From the NCBI GenBank assembly GCA_029547385.1, contig JAKPPK010000072.1:1-52618 (forward strand): 52,618 bases of DNA. Direction: 5' to 3'. Below the pieces are notes generated by a model. That model worked only from the letters and a program-made list of their open reading frames with translations. It made no database searches and was not told where the DNA came from. Origin of the DNA: Candidatus Latescibacterota bacterium (GTDB lineage: Bacteria; Latescibacterota; MWCZ01). The translations under genes and the position numbers were made by a program. Positions 29,733 to 39,823 of the stretch are shown piece by piece (the first letter of the stretch is position 1; every line of letters starts with the position of its first letter).

Positions 29733-31691
29733 GTGTTCCGACCGATCCCGATGGCACGAATCGGCGTGATCGTGCGAGATGATCAATCCACGCAGTTGAC
29801 TCGCCTGCTTGCGGCCGAAGGGGTGTTGCAGATCGAATCTCCTTCGACCCAACTCGGGCTGGATACCGCGACTGCGCGTTCGTCTATATCCCGCTGGGAG
29901 GCCCTGGAACGCCAGGTAACAGAACTGGCGCAAAACCTGGAAATCCGCCTTTCATCCGACAAATCACCGTTCGAAGTGGTGGTGGACCCGAAAGACGATC
30001 TCGAACCCTGCGAGAAAAGAGTGGCGGAAATTCTTTCGCAGGCGGAACAGATACGGGGCGATCTGGCAGCAATTGCGACGAAACGAAGAAAGACGCTCGG
30101 GCAGATCGAAGAGCTTCTGCTTCTTTCACCGGTCAATTGGACGCTGGAAGAATTGAGGTCAACCCAGCAACTGGCAGTCCACATCGGTGTTCTCAGCGAG
30201 GTGAACGTTCGGCGCGTAGAAGCGATCCTCGGAGCTTTGCCGCACACCACGGTCCGATTGCCGGGTCCGGCGACGGGATGGGACGTGGTGATCGTCTTCT
30301 CCCAGAAAACTACGGCGGACCAGGTGGAAAGGGCTCTTTCAAGCGCGAACTTCAAGCCGCTGGAAATTCCCGAGGATTTGACGGGCAAACCGGGCGAAGC
30401 GGAAGAGAAACTCTGGAAGCTGCTGGAGGAACTTGAAGAGCAACGAAAAACGCTGACGCAACAGCTCCGAGAAACGACGACTGCTGAGATGGGGGAGCTG
30501 TGTGAGATCTGGGAGAAGGCCCGCGCCGCGAGAACCCTTCTGGCGGCGCAGCAGCCGTTCGGAAAAACGCGAGCCCTTTCGTACGTCACCGGTTGGGTGC
30601 CGAAAGAATCCAGTCAGGCACTGACACAACGCATCCGTGATACCATTGGCGCTGCTGCATACGTTGAAGTTCGTGATCCGGACCCACATGACCCCGCGGT
30701 ACCGGTGAGGCTCAAAAACCCGTCCGTGTTCAGGCCGTTTGAAGAGGTAGTGACAACCTACTCCCTTCCTTCGTCGAAAGAAATCGATCCGACCGTAGTT
30801 GTGGCGATTACCTACCTCATCATGTTCGGCATGATGTTTGGAGACGTGGGACAAGGGTTGGTACTGGCAGGTGCGGGGTTCTGGGCCGCGAAAAAAGCGC
30901 CATCGGTGAAGAATCTCGGTCTCATTCTTGGCATGTGCGGCATTTCTTCAGTGATCTTCGGTTTCATATACGGGAGCGTTTTTGGTGTAGAAATGCAGCT
31001 GAACCCGTGGATCAATTTGCCCCTTGTGGAACACCACACTTCGGTGATGGCGTCTAATCTCGCTGTTCTCGGGGGCATTTCCATCGGTTTCGGAATCATC
31101 ATGCTCTCTCTAGGAATTGTTTTCAACATCGTCAACGCCGTGCGGGCGAAGGAATGGGGGATCGCTGTTTTCGACCAGTACGGGTTGACCGGTCTGGCGT
31201 TTTACTGGTGTGCTCTCATCTGGGCCGTTTTCACGGCCCTAGGCTATGCGGGTGTGGGTATGACGGCACTCGCGGCGGCGGCGCTCGTGGCTCTTGTGGT
31301 GCTGTTCGTTCGCGAGCCGATTATCCGCGCAACGGAGCGGAAAGAGCACCTGGTTGAAGGTGGAGTCGGCTTTTTTGTCGTCCAGGCGCTAATTGACACA
31401 ATGGACATGGTGATCCGCTTCCTCAGCAATACCGTCTCGTTCATCCGTGTCGCGGCGTTCGGGTTGACCCATGCGGCGCTTTTCATGGCGATTCACACGA
31501 TAGGTTTCATGATCTCGGGTTCTACTCACGGAGCCGGTTATATCATCACGTTCATCGTGGGCAATATCTTCGTTGTCGTTATGGAAGGCCTGATTGTTTC
31601 GATTCAGTGCCTGCGTTTGCAGTATTACGAGGTGTTCGGGAAGTTTTTCCGGGGCGGGGGTCTGCCGTTCGCACCGCTTCGCGCCAGTTGA
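29733..31691 (+). CDS. V/A-type ATPase subunit I (a-subunit, proton channel)
   Basis: 652 aa. N-terminal cytoplasmic coiled-coil half and a C-terminal polytopic half carrying the essential Arg motif SFIRVAAFGLTHAAL. GTG start after GGAAGGGG. Confidence 0.88.
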   Translation: MFRPIPMARIGVIVRDDQSTQLTRLLAAEGVLQIESPSTQLGLDTATARSSISRWEALERQVTELAQNLEIRLSSDKSPFEVVVDPKDDLEPCEKRVAEILSQAEQIRGDLAAIATKRRKTLGQIEELLLLSPVNWTLEELRSTQQLAVHIGVLSEVNVRRVEAILGALPHTTVRLPGPATGWDVVIVFSQKTTADQVERALSSANFKPLEIPEDLTGKPGEAEEKLWKLLEELEEQRKTLTQQLRETTTAEMGELCEIWEKARAARTLLAAQQPFGKTRALSYVTGWVPKESSQALTQRIRDTIGAAAYVEVRDPDPHDPAVPVRLKNPSVFRPFEEVVTTYSLPSSKEIDPTVVVAITYLIMFGMMFGDVGQGLVLAGAGFWAAKKAPSVKNLGLILGMCGISSVIFGFIYGSVFGVEMQLNPWINLPLVEHHTSVMASNLAVLGGISIGFGIIMLSLGIVFNIVNAVRAKEWGIAVFDQYGLTGLAFYWCALIWAVFTALGYAGVGMTALAAAALVALVVLFVREPIIRATERKEHLVEGGVGFFVVQALIDTMDMVIRFLSNTVSFIRVAAFGLTHAALFMAIHTIGFMISGSTHGAGYIITFIVGNIFVVVMEGLIVSIQCLRLQYYEVFGKFFRGGGLPFAPLRAS

Positions 31692-31731
31692 GGTTCGCTC
31701 ATATCACTTCAATACGAGGGGAGTGTGGTTC

Positions 31732-32082
31732 ATGAAGACTCTGAAGGTCGTGCTCGGTGCACTGCTGATGCTGAACCTCGCCGTGATACTCACGGCGGCC
31801 GCGGTGGTGCTGTTCCCAGATCTCGCGCTTGCTGCGGAAGGCGCTCCCGCAGCGGCAGCAGGGAGTGATCGAGGTCTCATGATGATCGGCGCGGCTTTGG
31901 CGGTTGGTCTGGGGTGCGTGGGTGCGGGCCTTGCGGTAGCGCAGGTTGGCGCGGCCGCTCTGGGCGCGATCGGCGAAAAACCGGACATGCTCGGCAAAAC
32001 GCTGATCTTCGTCGGTCTTGCCGAAGGAATAGCGATTTACGGTCTGATCATCTCTATCATGATCTACGCTTCGGCAGGTTGA
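31732..32082 (+). CDS. V/A-type ATPase proteolipid subunit K (c-subunit), single hairpin with an N-terminal hydrophobic extension
   Basis: 116 aa. Gly/Ala-rich helix 1 (GLGCVGAGLAVAQVGAAALGAIGEKP) and helix 2 with the carboxylate (VGLAEGIAIYGLI). ATG follows a GAGGGGAG RBS. Confidence 0.85.
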   Translation: MKTLKVVLGALLMLNLAVILTAAAVVLFPDLALAAEGAPAAAAGSDRGLMMIGAALAVGLGCVGAGLAVAQVGAAALGAIGEKPDMLGKTLIFVGLAEGIAIYGLIISIMIYASAG

Positions 32083-32104
32083 TCGGTCGACGCTCCGAGA
32101 GGGT

Positions 32105-32419
32105 GTGATGAAAGTCTATTGCATTGGCAGCGAGGAAGTGGTAAAAGGGCTCGCGCTGATCGGCATTGAAGGCACCGCCACGACCGATGCCCAGGAAGCG
32201 GAACGGGCAGTGGACGCGGTGCTGAATCAGCCGGAGGTCGGGCTCCTCGTTATCAGTGAACGGCTTGCCATGCCCCTTAAGGAAAAGCTGACCGGGTGGG
32301 CATTTGCCCATCGCCAACCTCTCATTCTCGAGATACCCGACGAGCAGGGCCCGGTATCAAAACACTCGGCTGTTCTTTCCCTCGTCATGGAAGCGGTCGG
32401 TCTGGAGCAGTCGTCATGA
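32105..32419 (+). CDS. V/A-type ATPase subunit F
   Basis: 104 aa. KVYCIGSEEVVKGLALIGIEG...VGLLVISERL is the typical F-subunit pattern. Confidence 0.8.
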   Translation: MMKVYCIGSEEVVKGLALIGIEGTATTDAQEAERAVDAVLNQPEVGLLVISERLAMPLKEKLTGWAFAHRQPLILEIPDEQGPVSKHSAVLSLVMEAVGLEQSS

Positions 32420-33030
32420 ACAACCCAATTGACAGCCTCCGGGAAGCAGTGATCCGTGATGCTCAGGCGCAGGCATACGAGATTATGCAGGACGCCATCG
32501 CAGCGGGTCAGCGTCTTGCCGCTGAGATGGACGCCCGGATCGCACAGGACCGTGCAGAGGCCCTTGCGAAGGCGGAGCAAAAGGCATTGCAGGAGCAACA
32601 GCGTCTTCTGGCGAGCGCGCAGGGAAAAATCCAGAAAGAACGCCTGCTCGAACGGGAGAAACGCATCGCCGAGGTTATCGAGGCGGCACGAAGTGCGCTG
32701 GCGGAATACGCCAGGCAACCGGGCGTCGGCCGGGACCTGCTTCTGAAACTCTGTGTCGAAGGCGCGACGGCGTTGAGAAGCGAGAAGGTTCTTCTTGTTG
32801 TTCGCCCGGACCAGCGTAGCTGGGTCGACACGCCATTTCTTCTGGCCGTGCAGCAGCAATCGGGAAAAAGAGTGGAGCTTTCGGACGAGAATCTCACGGC
32901 AATAGGCGGAGTGATCGTTACGAGTTCAGATGGTCGCGAGAGGTTCGATAACACACTGGACAATCGTCTTGCGCGCGTGATTGACGACGTGCGGGCGATG
33001 ATATGGACGAGGATAAGCCATGCACGATGA
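32416..33030 (+). CDS. V/A-type ATPase subunit E (peripheral stalk)
   Basis: 204 aa. Long N-terminal helix and a C-terminal globular domain (GGVIVTSSDGRERFDNTLDNRL). ATGA overlap with subunit F. Confidence 0.82.
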   Translation: MNNPIDSLREAVIRDAQAQAYEIMQDAIAAGQRLAAEMDARIAQDRAEALAKAEQKALQEQQRLLASAQGKIQKERLLEREKRIAEVIEAARSALAEYARQPGVGRDLLLKLCVEGATALRSEKVLLVVRPDQRSWVDTPFLLAVQQQSGKRVELSDENLTAIGGVIVTSSDGRERFDNTLDNRLARVIDDVRAMIWTRISHAR

Positions 33031-34792
33031 GCCTGTCGGCAAAGTGAGCTGGGTCAGTGGACCCGTTGTCCGCACCATGGAGACGCGCGGCGTCCACATG
33101 TTGGACATGGTGGAAGTCGGCGACGAACGGCTCATCGGCGAGATCATCGGCCTGAATGGTGATCAAGCTACACTCCAGGTGTACGAGGACACTACCGGCT
33201 TGAAGCCGGGATCTCCGGTGTACAGCACCGGTTACCCTCTTGCTGCGGAGCTGGGGCCGGGGCTGGTAACCAGCATTTACGACGGCATTCTGCGCCCGCT
33301 GAAGGCACTCGCTGATGCAACCGGGATATTTATCGGCCGCGGTGTTCGCGCTCCTTCACTTTCGCGTGAGATTCTGTGGGATTTCACTCCCGTCGTTCGA
33401 AACGGGCAGGAGGTTACCCCCGGCATGATCATCGGAACGGTTCCGGAAACGGAACGGATCGAGCACCGGGTGATGGTTCCTCCGAACGTTTCCGGGATCG
33501 TGACGAGCGTAGCATCGGCGGGCAAATACAAAGTGGATCAGGAGATTTGCCGCGTCCGCACGCCACAGGGCGACGAAGTGCCGTTGATGATGCTGCAACG
33601 ATGGCCGGTTCGCCAGAAGAGGCCGGTGACCCGCCGGCTGCCGGCTGATACGCCGCTCGTGACGGGACAACGCGTGGTTGACTGCGTCTTTCCCATGGTC
33701 AAAGGTGGCGCCGCAGCAATTCCGGGCGGTTTTGGAACCGGAAAGACAATCACCCAGCACCAGCTAGCAAAGTGGTCGGATGCCGACCTCATCGTGTATA
33801 TCGGATGTGGCGAACGTGGCAACGAGATGACCGAGGTGCTGGTCGAATTCCCGAAGCTAATCGATCCGCACAGCAACCGGCCGTTGATGGAGCGGACGAT
33901 CCTGATCGCGAACACCTCCGACATGCCCGTGGCCGCACGTGAGGCGAGCATTTACACCGGGATCACGCTTGCGGAGTATTACCGGGACATGGGCTATCAC
34001 GTTGCGCTCATGGCAGATTCAACGTCCCGATGGGCTGAAGCGCTGCGTGAGCTGTCCGGCCGGCTGGAAGAAATGCCTGCGGAGGAGGGGTTCCCTGCAT
34101 ACCTGGCGACACGGCTGGCGGAGTTCTACGAACGCGCTGGAATGGTCGAGACGCTCGGGGGAAGCACGGGATCTGTGAGTGTGATCGGTGCTGTGTCGCC
34201 CGCGGGTGGAGATTTCAGCGAACCGGTAACCCAGCATACGTCCCGTTTCATCGGTTGCTTCTGGGCGCTGGACAAGGAACTGGCAAGCGCGCGGTACTAT
34301 CCATCAATCAATTACATCAACAGCCACAGTGCGTACACGGAATTTGTTGCTGACTGGTGGAAGAAGATCGGTGGGGAGAAGTACAACTGGGAGGCAATGC
34401 GGGAAGAGACGGTGGATGTCCTGCGTCGCGATGACAAATTGCAGCAGATCGTGAAACTTGTCGGTGAAGAAGAACTGCCGGATGAACAGAAACTCATCCT
34501 CGACACCGCGCGGATACTTCAAAATGCGTTCCTGCAACAGAGCGCGTTTGACGAGGTGGATACGTACTCCGTTCCGGAGAAGCAACTTCGGATGCTGAGC
34601 GTCATCCTGCATTACTACCATCGTGGAAGCGATGTCGTCAAGCGAAGCATCCCGATCTACAAATACCAGCAGCTTCCGGTGCGGAACGAAATAATGCGCA
34701 TGAAATCGCGGATTCCGAACGACAAGCTGGAGGAATTCGATACGCTCGAACGAGCGATAGACGAACAGATTGACGCACTTATCGCCGAATGA
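33020..34792 (+). CDS. V/A-type ATPase catalytic subunit A
   Basis: 590 aa. Walker [21 protein letters not shown] and the non-homologous-region insertion typical of A subunits. Overlaps subunit E by 11 nt. Confidence 0.95.
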   Translation: MHDEPVGKVSWVSGPVVRTMETRGVHMLDMVEVGDERLIGEIIGLNGDQATLQVYEDTTGLKPGSPVYSTGYPLAAELGPGLVTSIYDGILRPLKALADATGIFIGRGVRAPSLSREILWDFTPVVRNGQEVTPGMIIGTVPETERIEHRVMVPPNVSGIVTSVASAGKYKVDQEICRVRTPQGDEVPLMMLQRWPVRQKRPVTRRLPADTPLVTGQRVVDCVFPMVKGGAAAIPGGFGTGKTITQHQLAKWSDADLIVYIGCGERGNEMTEVLVEFPKLIDPHSNRPLMERTILIANTSDMPVAAREASIYTGITLAEYYRDMGYHVALMADSTSRWAEALRELSGRLEEMPAEEGFPAYLATRLAEFYERAGMVETLGGSTGSVSVIGAVSPAGGDFSEPVTQHTSRFIGCFWALDKELASARYYPSINYINSHSAYTEFVADWWKKIGGEKYNWEAMREETVDVLRRDDKLQQIVKLVGEEELPDEQKLILDTARILQNAFLQQSAFDEVDTYSVPEKQLRMLSVILHYYHRGSDVVKRSIPIYKYQQLPVRNEIMRMKSRIPNDKLEEFDTLERAIDEQIDALIAE

Positions 34793-34802
34793 GGCCACAC
34801 CC

Positions 34803-36188
34803 ATGGCGACAGAAATTGGCAAGGAATACGTCGGCGTACAGCGCATAGTTGGCCCTCTGGTCATGATCGAGGGTATCGACGGCGTCGGGTACGATGAGAT
34901 GGTGGAGATTGTCTCGGACGACGGCAAGTTGAAACACGGGCGCGTGCTCGAAGTCGGCACCAAGGCCGCCGTCGTACAGGTATTTGAACACACGACGGGC
35001 CTCTCCATCGGCGCGACGAAGATGAAATTCCTCGCCCGCCCGGTCCGAATACCGGTTTCCGAGGAAATGCTCGGGCGCACATTCAACGCGCTGGCGGAGC
35101 CGATTGACGGCGGGCCGCCACCGATTCCGAAAGATTTGCGCCCGGTTTCCGGCGCAGCAATCAATCCGACGCTCCGTCACCACCCGAGCGACTTCATACA
35201 AACCGGTATCTCTGCCATCGACGCAATGAGCACGCTCGTGCGTGGGCAGAAGCTGCCCGTATTCTCAGCGTCGGGACTGGAACACGATCGGGTGATTGCC
35301 CAGATCATTCGTCAGGCGAAAATCATCGGCAAACAGGAGCCGTTTGCCGTGGTGTTTGGCGCGATGGGTCTGAAGCACGACATTGCGGATTTCTACCGCA
35401 AGAGCTTTGAGGAGAGCGGAGCGGGAAACAACGTCGCCACATTTCTGACACTCGCGGATGATCCCTCAATCGAGCGGATCATTACGCCCCGATCCGCGCT
35501 GACGCTTGCGGAATACCTCGCTTTTGACGTCGGTATGCACGTCCTGGTGGTTCTTACCGACATGACGAATTACTGCGAAGCCCTGCGGGAGGTGGCAACG
35601 GCAAAAGGGGAAGTGCCCAGTCGAAAAGGGTACCCCGCGTACCTGTACAGCGATCTTGCCGCATTGTACGAACGTGCGGGTCAGGTCGAAGGGCGGACGG
35701 GTTCCATCACTCAGCTTCCTTTGCTGACGATGCCTAACGAGGATATTACGCATCCGATCCCCGACCTCACGGGGTACATCACGGAAGGTCAGATAGTTCT
35801 CTCCAAGGCATTGCAGGGGGCAGGGATCTATCCCCCGATCAATGTGCTTCCGTCGCTTTCCCGCCTCATGAACGACGGGATTGGCGAAGGTCGCACCCGG
35901 GAAGACCACCGGAACGTATCGAGTCAGCTCTATGCGGCGTATGCGCGAGTAAAACGCGTCGAAGTTCTTGCTGCCGTCATCGGTGAGGAAGAGCTGTCGG
36001 AGATCGACAAGCAGTACCTCACTTTCGGGCAGCATTTTGAAAAGGAGTTCATTCAACAGGCACCGGATGAGGATCGCTCCATCGAAGAGACACTGAACCT
36101 CGGGTGGAAGTTACTCAAGTACCTCCCCGTTTCGGAACTTACCCGCGTGAAGGAAGAACAGATCGCGAAGTATCTGCCGAAGGATTGA
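34803..36188 (+). CDS. V/A-type ATPase subunit B
   Basis: 461 aa. N-terminus [18 protein letters not shown], plus [11 protein letters not shown] and [18 protein letters not shown]. The start is trimmed to ATG 34803. Confidence 0.95.
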   Translation: MATEIGKEYVGVQRIVGPLVMIEGIDGVGYDEMVEIVSDDGKLKHGRVLEVGTKAAVVQVFEHTTGLSIGATKMKFLARPVRIPVSEEMLGRTFNALAEPIDGGPPPIPKDLRPVSGAAINPTLRHHPSDFIQTGISAIDAMSTLVRGQKLPVFSASGLEHDRVIAQIIRQAKIIGKQEPFAVVFGAMGLKHDIADFYRKSFEESGAGNNVATFLTLADDPSIERIITPRSALTLAEYLAFDVGMHVLVVLTDMTNYCEALREVATAKGEVPSRKGYPAYLYSDLAALYERAGQVEGRTGSITQLPLLTMPNEDITHPIPDLTGYITEGQIVLSKALQGAGIYPPINVLPSLSRLMNDGIGEGRTREDHRNVSSQLYAAYARVKRVEVLAAVIGEEELSEIDKQYLTFGQHFEKEFIQQAPDEDRSIEETLNLGWKLLKYLPVSELTRVKEEQIAKYLPKD

Positions 36189-36260
36189 AGACGGTCCTTT
36201 TGACTGGAAATCAAACACACCGCACTGGAGACGTGATCAGCCGCGTGAGGAGCTGTTGAA

Positions 36261-36887
36261 ATGCCGCGTTTGAACATTCCGGCGACAAAGATCAACCTCA
36301 TCCGAATCAAGGATGAGTTGAAACTGGCCGTGGACGGCCACGAGCTGCTGGAGCAGAAGCGGCAGGTGCTGATCATGGAAGTAAGGAAGCTCATAAATAG
36401 TCTGAGAGCAGAACGCAGCGAAATGGAAAACCTCTTGCGCGAAGCGTACGCGAAACTCGCACAGGCAACGTGGGAGAACGGCGCGGAGCAAGTCGCGTTG
36501 GCAGGTCTGGCGACCTCTCAGGCTATTGATATCAGCCTGCGAGAGCGCAGCGTGATGGGAATAATTCTCCCGGTGGTAGACGCAACGGAGGCGGAGCTTC
36601 GGCCCTCGTACAGCCTTTCGGGAACAACGAGCTCACTTGATGAGGCTGCCCGTGCGTTTCACGGAGCGCTGCAACATATCGCACGACTTGCGGAACTGGA
36701 AAATGCGGCTCTGCGGCTGGCCACTGAACTGATGAAAACCCAGCGACGGGTTAATGCACTCAAGAACTTCTTCATCCCCCAATACCATGAAACCGTGAAA
36801 TTCCTTCAAGAAACGCTTGAAGAGCGCGAACGCGACTCCCTTTTCGCGTTGAAGCGGCTCAAGTCGAAAGCTGATCTCCCTGCCTGA
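36261..36887 (+). CDS. V/A-type ATPase subunit D (central stalk)
   Basis: 208 aa. PATKINLIRIKDELKLAVDGHELLEQKRQVL is the typical D-subunit coiled coil. RBS GAGGAG. Confidence 0.88.
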   Translation: MPRLNIPATKINLIRIKDELKLAVDGHELLEQKRQVLIMEVRKLINSLRAERSEMENLLREAYAKLAQATWENGAEQVALAGLATSQAIDISLRERSVMGIILPVVDATEAELRPSYSLSGTTSSLDEAARAFHGALQHIARLAELENAALRLATELMKTQRRVNALKNFFIPQYHETVKFLQETLEERERDSLFALKRLKSKADLPA

Positions 36888-37016
36888 CCGGCGCGAGGGG
36901 AACTTGGCGTTCGGCCCGCGATTGCCATACATTCAGGCTTGGGTTGTAGTACGAAGCTGCAACCTCACGTCTGAGTATTCGGCACCACAATCAATCAGAA
37001 CAGGTCGCACACATTC

Positions 37017-39029
37017 ATGGTCAGCCCACTCCCGGTTCTCGAAGACAAAACGCTTTTCGCGCGCGGCGATACATCGATCACCCCGGCACCTGAAGAGATC
37101 TCCCGCCTCGTCATTTACCTCGTCAAACCATCGCGCTACGACGACGACGGATATCTTGTTCGCCATTGGCGCGGGGTTCTTCCCAGCAATACGCTTTCCT
37201 GCCTTGCGGGGTTGACTGACGATGTGGTCCAACGAAAAGTGCTGGGTGAACACCTGAAGATTAGCACGGTTCTGGTCGATGAGTCAGTGGAACGGATGCC
37301 GCGGCGGAAAATCCTGGCGGACGCGGGTCGAAAGGGAACGCGTGCGGTTGTCTGCCTCGCCGGCGTTCAGACGAACCAGTTCGCACGCGCGACCGACATC
37401 GCGCTGGAATATGCATCGCTGGGTGTGCGCGTGATGATCGGTGGGTTTCACGTCAGCGGCATGACGGCCATGTTTCCGGAGGGCACGCCGGACATCGCGC
37501 GGTTGACGGATGCGGGAGTGACGGTCGTTGCCGGCGAGGTGGAAGATCGATGGGCGGCCCTTCTGTCAGATGTGGTCAACGATCGCCTGCAGCCATTGTA
37601 CAACTTTCTTGCTACGCCGCCGGAGCTCAAACGACAACCGGTTCCGCGAGTGAAACGGTCCTACATGAAACGCTTCGCCGTTTCAAATCTTGGTACTATA
37701 GACACCAGCCGCGGCTGCCCGTTTGCCTGCACGTTCTGCACCATTATCAACGTCCAGGGGCGGAAAATGCGATGCAGAGAGGCGAGCGACCTTCGCAACA
37801 CCATCATTGAAAACTATAACCAGGGCATAAACTTTTACTTCTTCACCGACGACAATTTTGCCCGGAACAAGAACTGGGAATCCATCCTCGACCTGATCAT
37901 CGATCTGAACAACGAGGGTCGTCACATAACCTTCATGATGCAGATTGATGTGCGGGCGTACAAGATTCCCGGGTTTGTGGAGAAATCGAAGAGGGCGGGA
38001 TGCTCTCAGGTGTTTGTCGGTATGGAAAGTATCAACCCGGACAACCTGAAAGCAGCTGGAAAGACGCAAAACGACGTGGGTGATTACGCTCACATGGTTG
38101 AGGTCTGGCACGATGCGGGAGTGGCGGTTCACGTCGGCTACATTATCGGCTTCCCGTTCGATACCCCGGAGTCGGTCGCGGATGATGTCCGCCGCCTGGC
38201 GGACGAAATGAAGGTGGACCAGGCTTCCTTTTTCATGCTCACACCTCTTCCGGGTTCCGTTGACCACAAGCGTATGGTGGAAAACGGGGAAGAGATGGAT
38301 TCTGATTTCAACCGTTTCGATTCATTCCACGCCGCAACGAACCACCCCCGCATGACAAAAGCGCAATGGTTCGAAACATACCAGCGAGCCTGGCGAGATT
38401 TTTACCGGTTCGACCGTATGCGGGCCATCATGCGAAGGACGCCACGGCGGCATTACTGGAACGTGTTCACCAATTTCATGTGGTACAAAAACTCTTTCCT
38501 TTCCGAAGATGCTCATCCCATGGTAACCGGATTCATCCGCAGGAAGAAGCGTTGCGAACGGAGACCGGGGATGCCGCGCGAAGAACGCTGGAGTTACTTC
38601 CTGAACCGTCTCCGTGAAATCAAGAAAGAGCTTGTGACCCGGTGGAGCCTTTCGCGCGAGCTCCAGGAGCTCTGGCTTCAGACGCGCCGGCGCACGGAAG
38701 TGGAAAATCGCGTGGCTGATGCACTGCACGAACTTGCTTTGCAGAGAAAGCGAATCCGTTTCCGAATCGAAGACTGGAAAGCGGCATACAGCGCGGCGCA
38801 GGCGCAGGTTCCTTCGGCATGGAAAATCGTTGTGGCGAAGGTGAACGTTCTCTCGCTCCGATGGACCTACACGAGGCAAGATCTGGACAACTTCTGGCGT
38901 CAGACCCGAAGACAATGGGAATGCCGGGCATTCCATCGGATTAATTGGCCGCTTGCAACGTGGTACGCGTTCCGGGACGCCGTGCTCAGTCTGCGCTTCG
39001 CCCTCCATATGGCACTCCGGCTGCAATGA
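37017..39029 (+). CDS. class-B-like radical SAM protein (N-terminal cobalamin-binding-like domain, COG1032 type) with a long Arg/Trp-rich C-terminal extension
   Basis: CX3CX2C cluster motif in SRGCPFACTFCTI. An N-terminal Rossmann-like segment (VVCLAGVQTNQFARATDIALEYASLGVRVMIGGFHVSG). The last 230 aa or so are helical and Arg/Trp-rich. 670 aa. Confidence 0.8.
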   Translation: MVSPLPVLEDKTLFARGDTSITPAPEEISRLVIYLVKPSRYDDDGYLVRHWRGVLPSNTLSCLAGLTDDVVQRKVLGEHLKISTVLVDESVERMPRRKILADAGRKGTRAVVCLAGVQTNQFARATDIALEYASLGVRVMIGGFHVSGMTAMFPEGTPDIARLTDAGVTVVAGEVEDRWAALLSDVVNDRLQPLYNFLATPPELKRQPVPRVKRSYMKRFAVSNLGTIDTSRGCPFACTFCTIINVQGRKMRCREASDLRNTIIENYNQGINFYFFTDDNFARNKNWESILDLIIDLNNEGRHITFMMQIDVRAYKIPGFVEKSKRAGCSQVFVGMESINPDNLKAAGKTQNDVGDYAHMVEVWHDAGVAVHVGYIIGFPFDTPESVADDVRRLADEMKVDQASFFMLTPLPGSVDHKRMVENGEEMDSDFNRFDSFHAATNHPRMTKAQWFETYQRAWRDFYRFDRMRAIMRRTPRRHYWNVFTNFMWYKNSFLSEDAHPMVTGFIRRKKRCERRPGMPREERWSYFLNRLREIKKELVTRWSLSRELQELWLQTRRRTEVENRVADALHELALQRKRIRFRIEDWKAAYSAAQAQVPSAWKIVVAKVNVLSLRWTYTRQDLDNFWRQTRRQWECRAFHRINWPLATWYAFRDAVLSLRFALHMALRLQ

Positions 39030-39772
39030 GAATGCTCGCGCGGCGCGTGTCAGAAGCGTTCCTTGACGCCATCTGGCCGCCCGCGTGTCCGGTGTGCCAA
39101 AGACCTCTGGAAACCGCTCAGCGATTGTGCGCATCCTGCACGACCCAACTGGCACCTTTGCAGGCCCGCTGCGAGCGTTGTTCCTACCCGATCCCGTGCC
39201 ACTCGTGCGCAAATCTTCCCACACCTCTGACAGCGTTGATCGCAGCCACGGAATACGTGCGGGCAAGGGAACTCGTCTTTGCCTGTAAGTATGGGAGTAA
39301 TCGATCTGTCGGGCGTTTTCTTGCAGACATGCTGGCAGAAACGGCCCGACAGAACCCCTACGCGCAGAGCGCCGATGTGATCGCCGCCGTTCCGTTGCAC
39401 AGGGTTCGTGAACGAGAACGCGCGTTCAATCAATCCGATTTGCTCGCGGCGGCAGTGGCGGCCGCACTCGGAAAGCCCTTGGCAAGCACCGCCCTCGTGC
39501 GTACGAGAGCTACTCCCCGCCAGGCAACCATTCAATCCCGCGCTGAACGCATGGCTAATGTCCGGGGTGCATTTCACGTGAAGGATCCACGAGCTATTTG
39601 CGGAAAAACGGTTCTTCTCGTGGACGATGTCATCACCACCGGTGCGACGGTCTGCGCACTGGCAGAAACTGTGTTGGAGGCCGGTGCTCTGGCAGTCAGT
39701 GCGGCGGCGGTCGCACATCCCTTCCCATCCGGGCCGATGGAGACGTACGATCCGCAAATTTGGACGGTGTGA
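39026..39772 (+). CDS. comF: ComF-family phosphoribosyltransferase-domain protein
   Basis: N-terminal Cys pairs (CPVCQ, CASC, CERC, CHSC) and the PRT motif VLLVDDVITTGATV. The start ATG overlaps the radical SAM stop (ATGA at 39026-39029). Confidence 0.8.
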   Translation: MRMLARRVSEAFLDAIWPPACPVCQRPLETAQRLCASCTTQLAPLQARCERCSYPIPCHSCANLPTPLTALIAATEYVRARELVFACKYGSNRSVGRFLADMLAETARQNPYAQSADVIAAVPLHRVRERERAFNQSDLLAAAVAAALGKPLASTALVRTRATPRQATIQSRAERMANVRGAFHVKDPRAICGKTVLLVDDVITTGATVCALAETVLEAGALAVSAAAVAHPFPSGPMETYDPQIWTV

Positions 39773-39823
39773 GACCCACTGTCTTGTAGGTGACGAGTTC
39801 GGGGGCGAAGGGGATTCGAGCAA

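Noticed and set aside
33020-34792. Possible intein or large insertion in V-ATPase subunit A
   Set aside because: The length (590 aa) and the contiguous Walker A / GERGNEM motifs are normal for an intein-free A subunit.
38322-39266. 314-aa minus-strand ORF opposite the radical SAM C-terminus and the comF start
   Set aside because: It is a shadow ORF. The plus-strand frames carry the PRT and zinc-finger motifs, and the antisense translation is Arg/Pro-rich.
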